Assembly: GCA_965603825.1 (NCBI GenBank)
Contig: CBFDEM010000018.1
Span: forward strand, 372,001 to 436,000
Direction of reading: 5' to 3'
Source of the DNA: Blepharisma stoltei ATCC 30299
Taxonomy: Eukaryota > Protista > Ciliophora
Length of the DNA stretch: 64,000 nucleotides
In this document: one piece after another, positions 62,970 through 64,000 of the stretch
Layout of the letters: each line of letters starts with the position of its first letter
Position numbering within the stretch: position 1 is the first letter of the stretch
Program-made: the position numbers and the translations under genes
Notes under the pieces: generated by a model
Told to the model about the DNA's origin: nothing
Database searches by the model: none
Seen by the model: the letters and a program-made list of their open reading frames with translations, nothing else

Positions 62970-63569
62970 TTACAGTCCACAGCATTTTTTATTTGTTTTT
63001 TTCTTTTTCCTTACCATAGGAGAATTCTTTTTTAGGCATACTTTGATTGCTTCATCAAAAACTTGTTTAAGTCCTTCCTGAGTTAGTGCGCTACAAGGTA
63101 GCCAACTATAAAAGCCAACTTCTGCACAAAGATGCTGAGCTCTATTATCAGGGGCAGGTTCTTGTCTATTGTTTCTAGCTTCAATTGAATAATGATTGAT
63201 CTGGTCTTTTTGTGTTCCAACTAAAATAACCGGGACATGATTTACATTATTTTCTTGGATTTCTGGATACCAATAAGCTCTTACATTGAGAAGGCTAGGT
63301 AAAGAAATCATAGAGTAGCAGACAATAATGATATCTGAAGCCTTTATTATGGGCCTTCTAAAATCTGCATGCTCTTGGTCTCTTCTCCCAGATGTGTCAT
63401 AAATACTTAACGTGACTACTTCACTTCCAGCATTTACAAGAGCATTATAGTTATCTAAAATTGTAGGAGTGTAGACCTGAGGGAATGTGTTGGCAGTATA
63501 AGAGGCGACCATACAAGTTTTGCCTATATCTGAGTCTCCGAGAATTGTGCATTTTATTTCTCTATTCAT
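62970..63569 (-). CDS. atypical Rho/Rac-family GTPase
   Basis: GDSDIGKT, YTPTILDNY, YDTSG, VILVGTQKD, CSALTQEGLKQVFDEAI, polybasic tail plus CCGL. Confidence 0.88.
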   Translation of the reverse strand: MNREIKCTILGDSDIGKTCMVASYTANTFPQVYTPTILDNYNALVNAGSEVVTLSIYDTSGRRDQEHADFRRPIIKASDIIIVCYSMISLPSLLNVRAYWYPEIQENNVNHVPVILVGTQKDQINHYSIEARNNRQEPAPDNRAQHLCAEVGFYSWLPCSALTQEGLKQVFDEAIKVCLKKNSPMVRKKKKTNKKCCGL

Positions 63570-64000
63570 TTTTTACTATTTTTCAAAAATTGAATAGGAT
63601 GAGAAAATTGAAAGTTAAGATAGAAAATATAAAAATAAAGAATTTTTAATGTTCTAGGATACACACATTTAATAATATTTTAAATTTAGAGGATTTGGAA
63701 TTATTATATACGATTTATAAAGAATTTTATTTCTTTTAACAAAGCAATTATATTTAATATGATATAGATTTAGGCATTAGAATAGATTTTTGCTTTATTA
63801 AGTTCCATTTTAGCTATTATTCATTAACTTAATAAGAGCTGAACCATAATCGTTTCATTTTTATAAATTCAAAAACTCCAGCATAAATTTTCAATTTCGC
63901 TTATATTAAGCATCTATCTAAAGCCACAAAACATAATTAGCCTCGCTCATGCTGAAACATTGAATAATATCAACAAAAAAACAATTAAAAGAGATAATAT

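Overview
AT-rich, gene-dense eukaryotic DNA, most consistent with the macronuclear genome of a heterotrich ciliate of the Blepharisma type. The supplied ORF track is fragmented for two reasons. First, TGA encodes Trp (TAA/TAG are the only stops), shown by TGA at invariant Trp positions and by TGA/TGG swaps between paralogs. Second, genes carry 15-16 nt GT-AG introns. Re-read this way, the window holds about 37 protein genes: two tandem MFS transporters, a PH-CAMK kinase, a giant CD36/LIMP-II, MAEA/GID9, an ERGIC-53-like lectin, a Sec12-like WD40, a START protein, two tandem pseudokinases, a kelch protein, an EF-hand/PFU-like protein, a MORN protein, a SET2/NSD-like methyltransferase, two membrane PDEs, RRN3, ERK7/MAPK15, Rab1, Vps54, a P3A H+-ATPase, Pumilio, an atypical Rho, and several coiled-coil or unknown proteins. 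Absent from the ORF track is a compact (~240 nt) nuclear RNase P RNA gene (43071-43310, minus strand) with a ciliate USE/TATA Pol III promoter and T-run terminator. No transposon, CRISPR, rRNA, tRNA or telomeric array was recognised. All calls are by eye, with no database search. I found no single clearly new system; the best leads are the pseudokinase family, gene-specific TGA usage, the 10-nt-spaced Sec12/lectin pair and the stand-alone PFU-like module.
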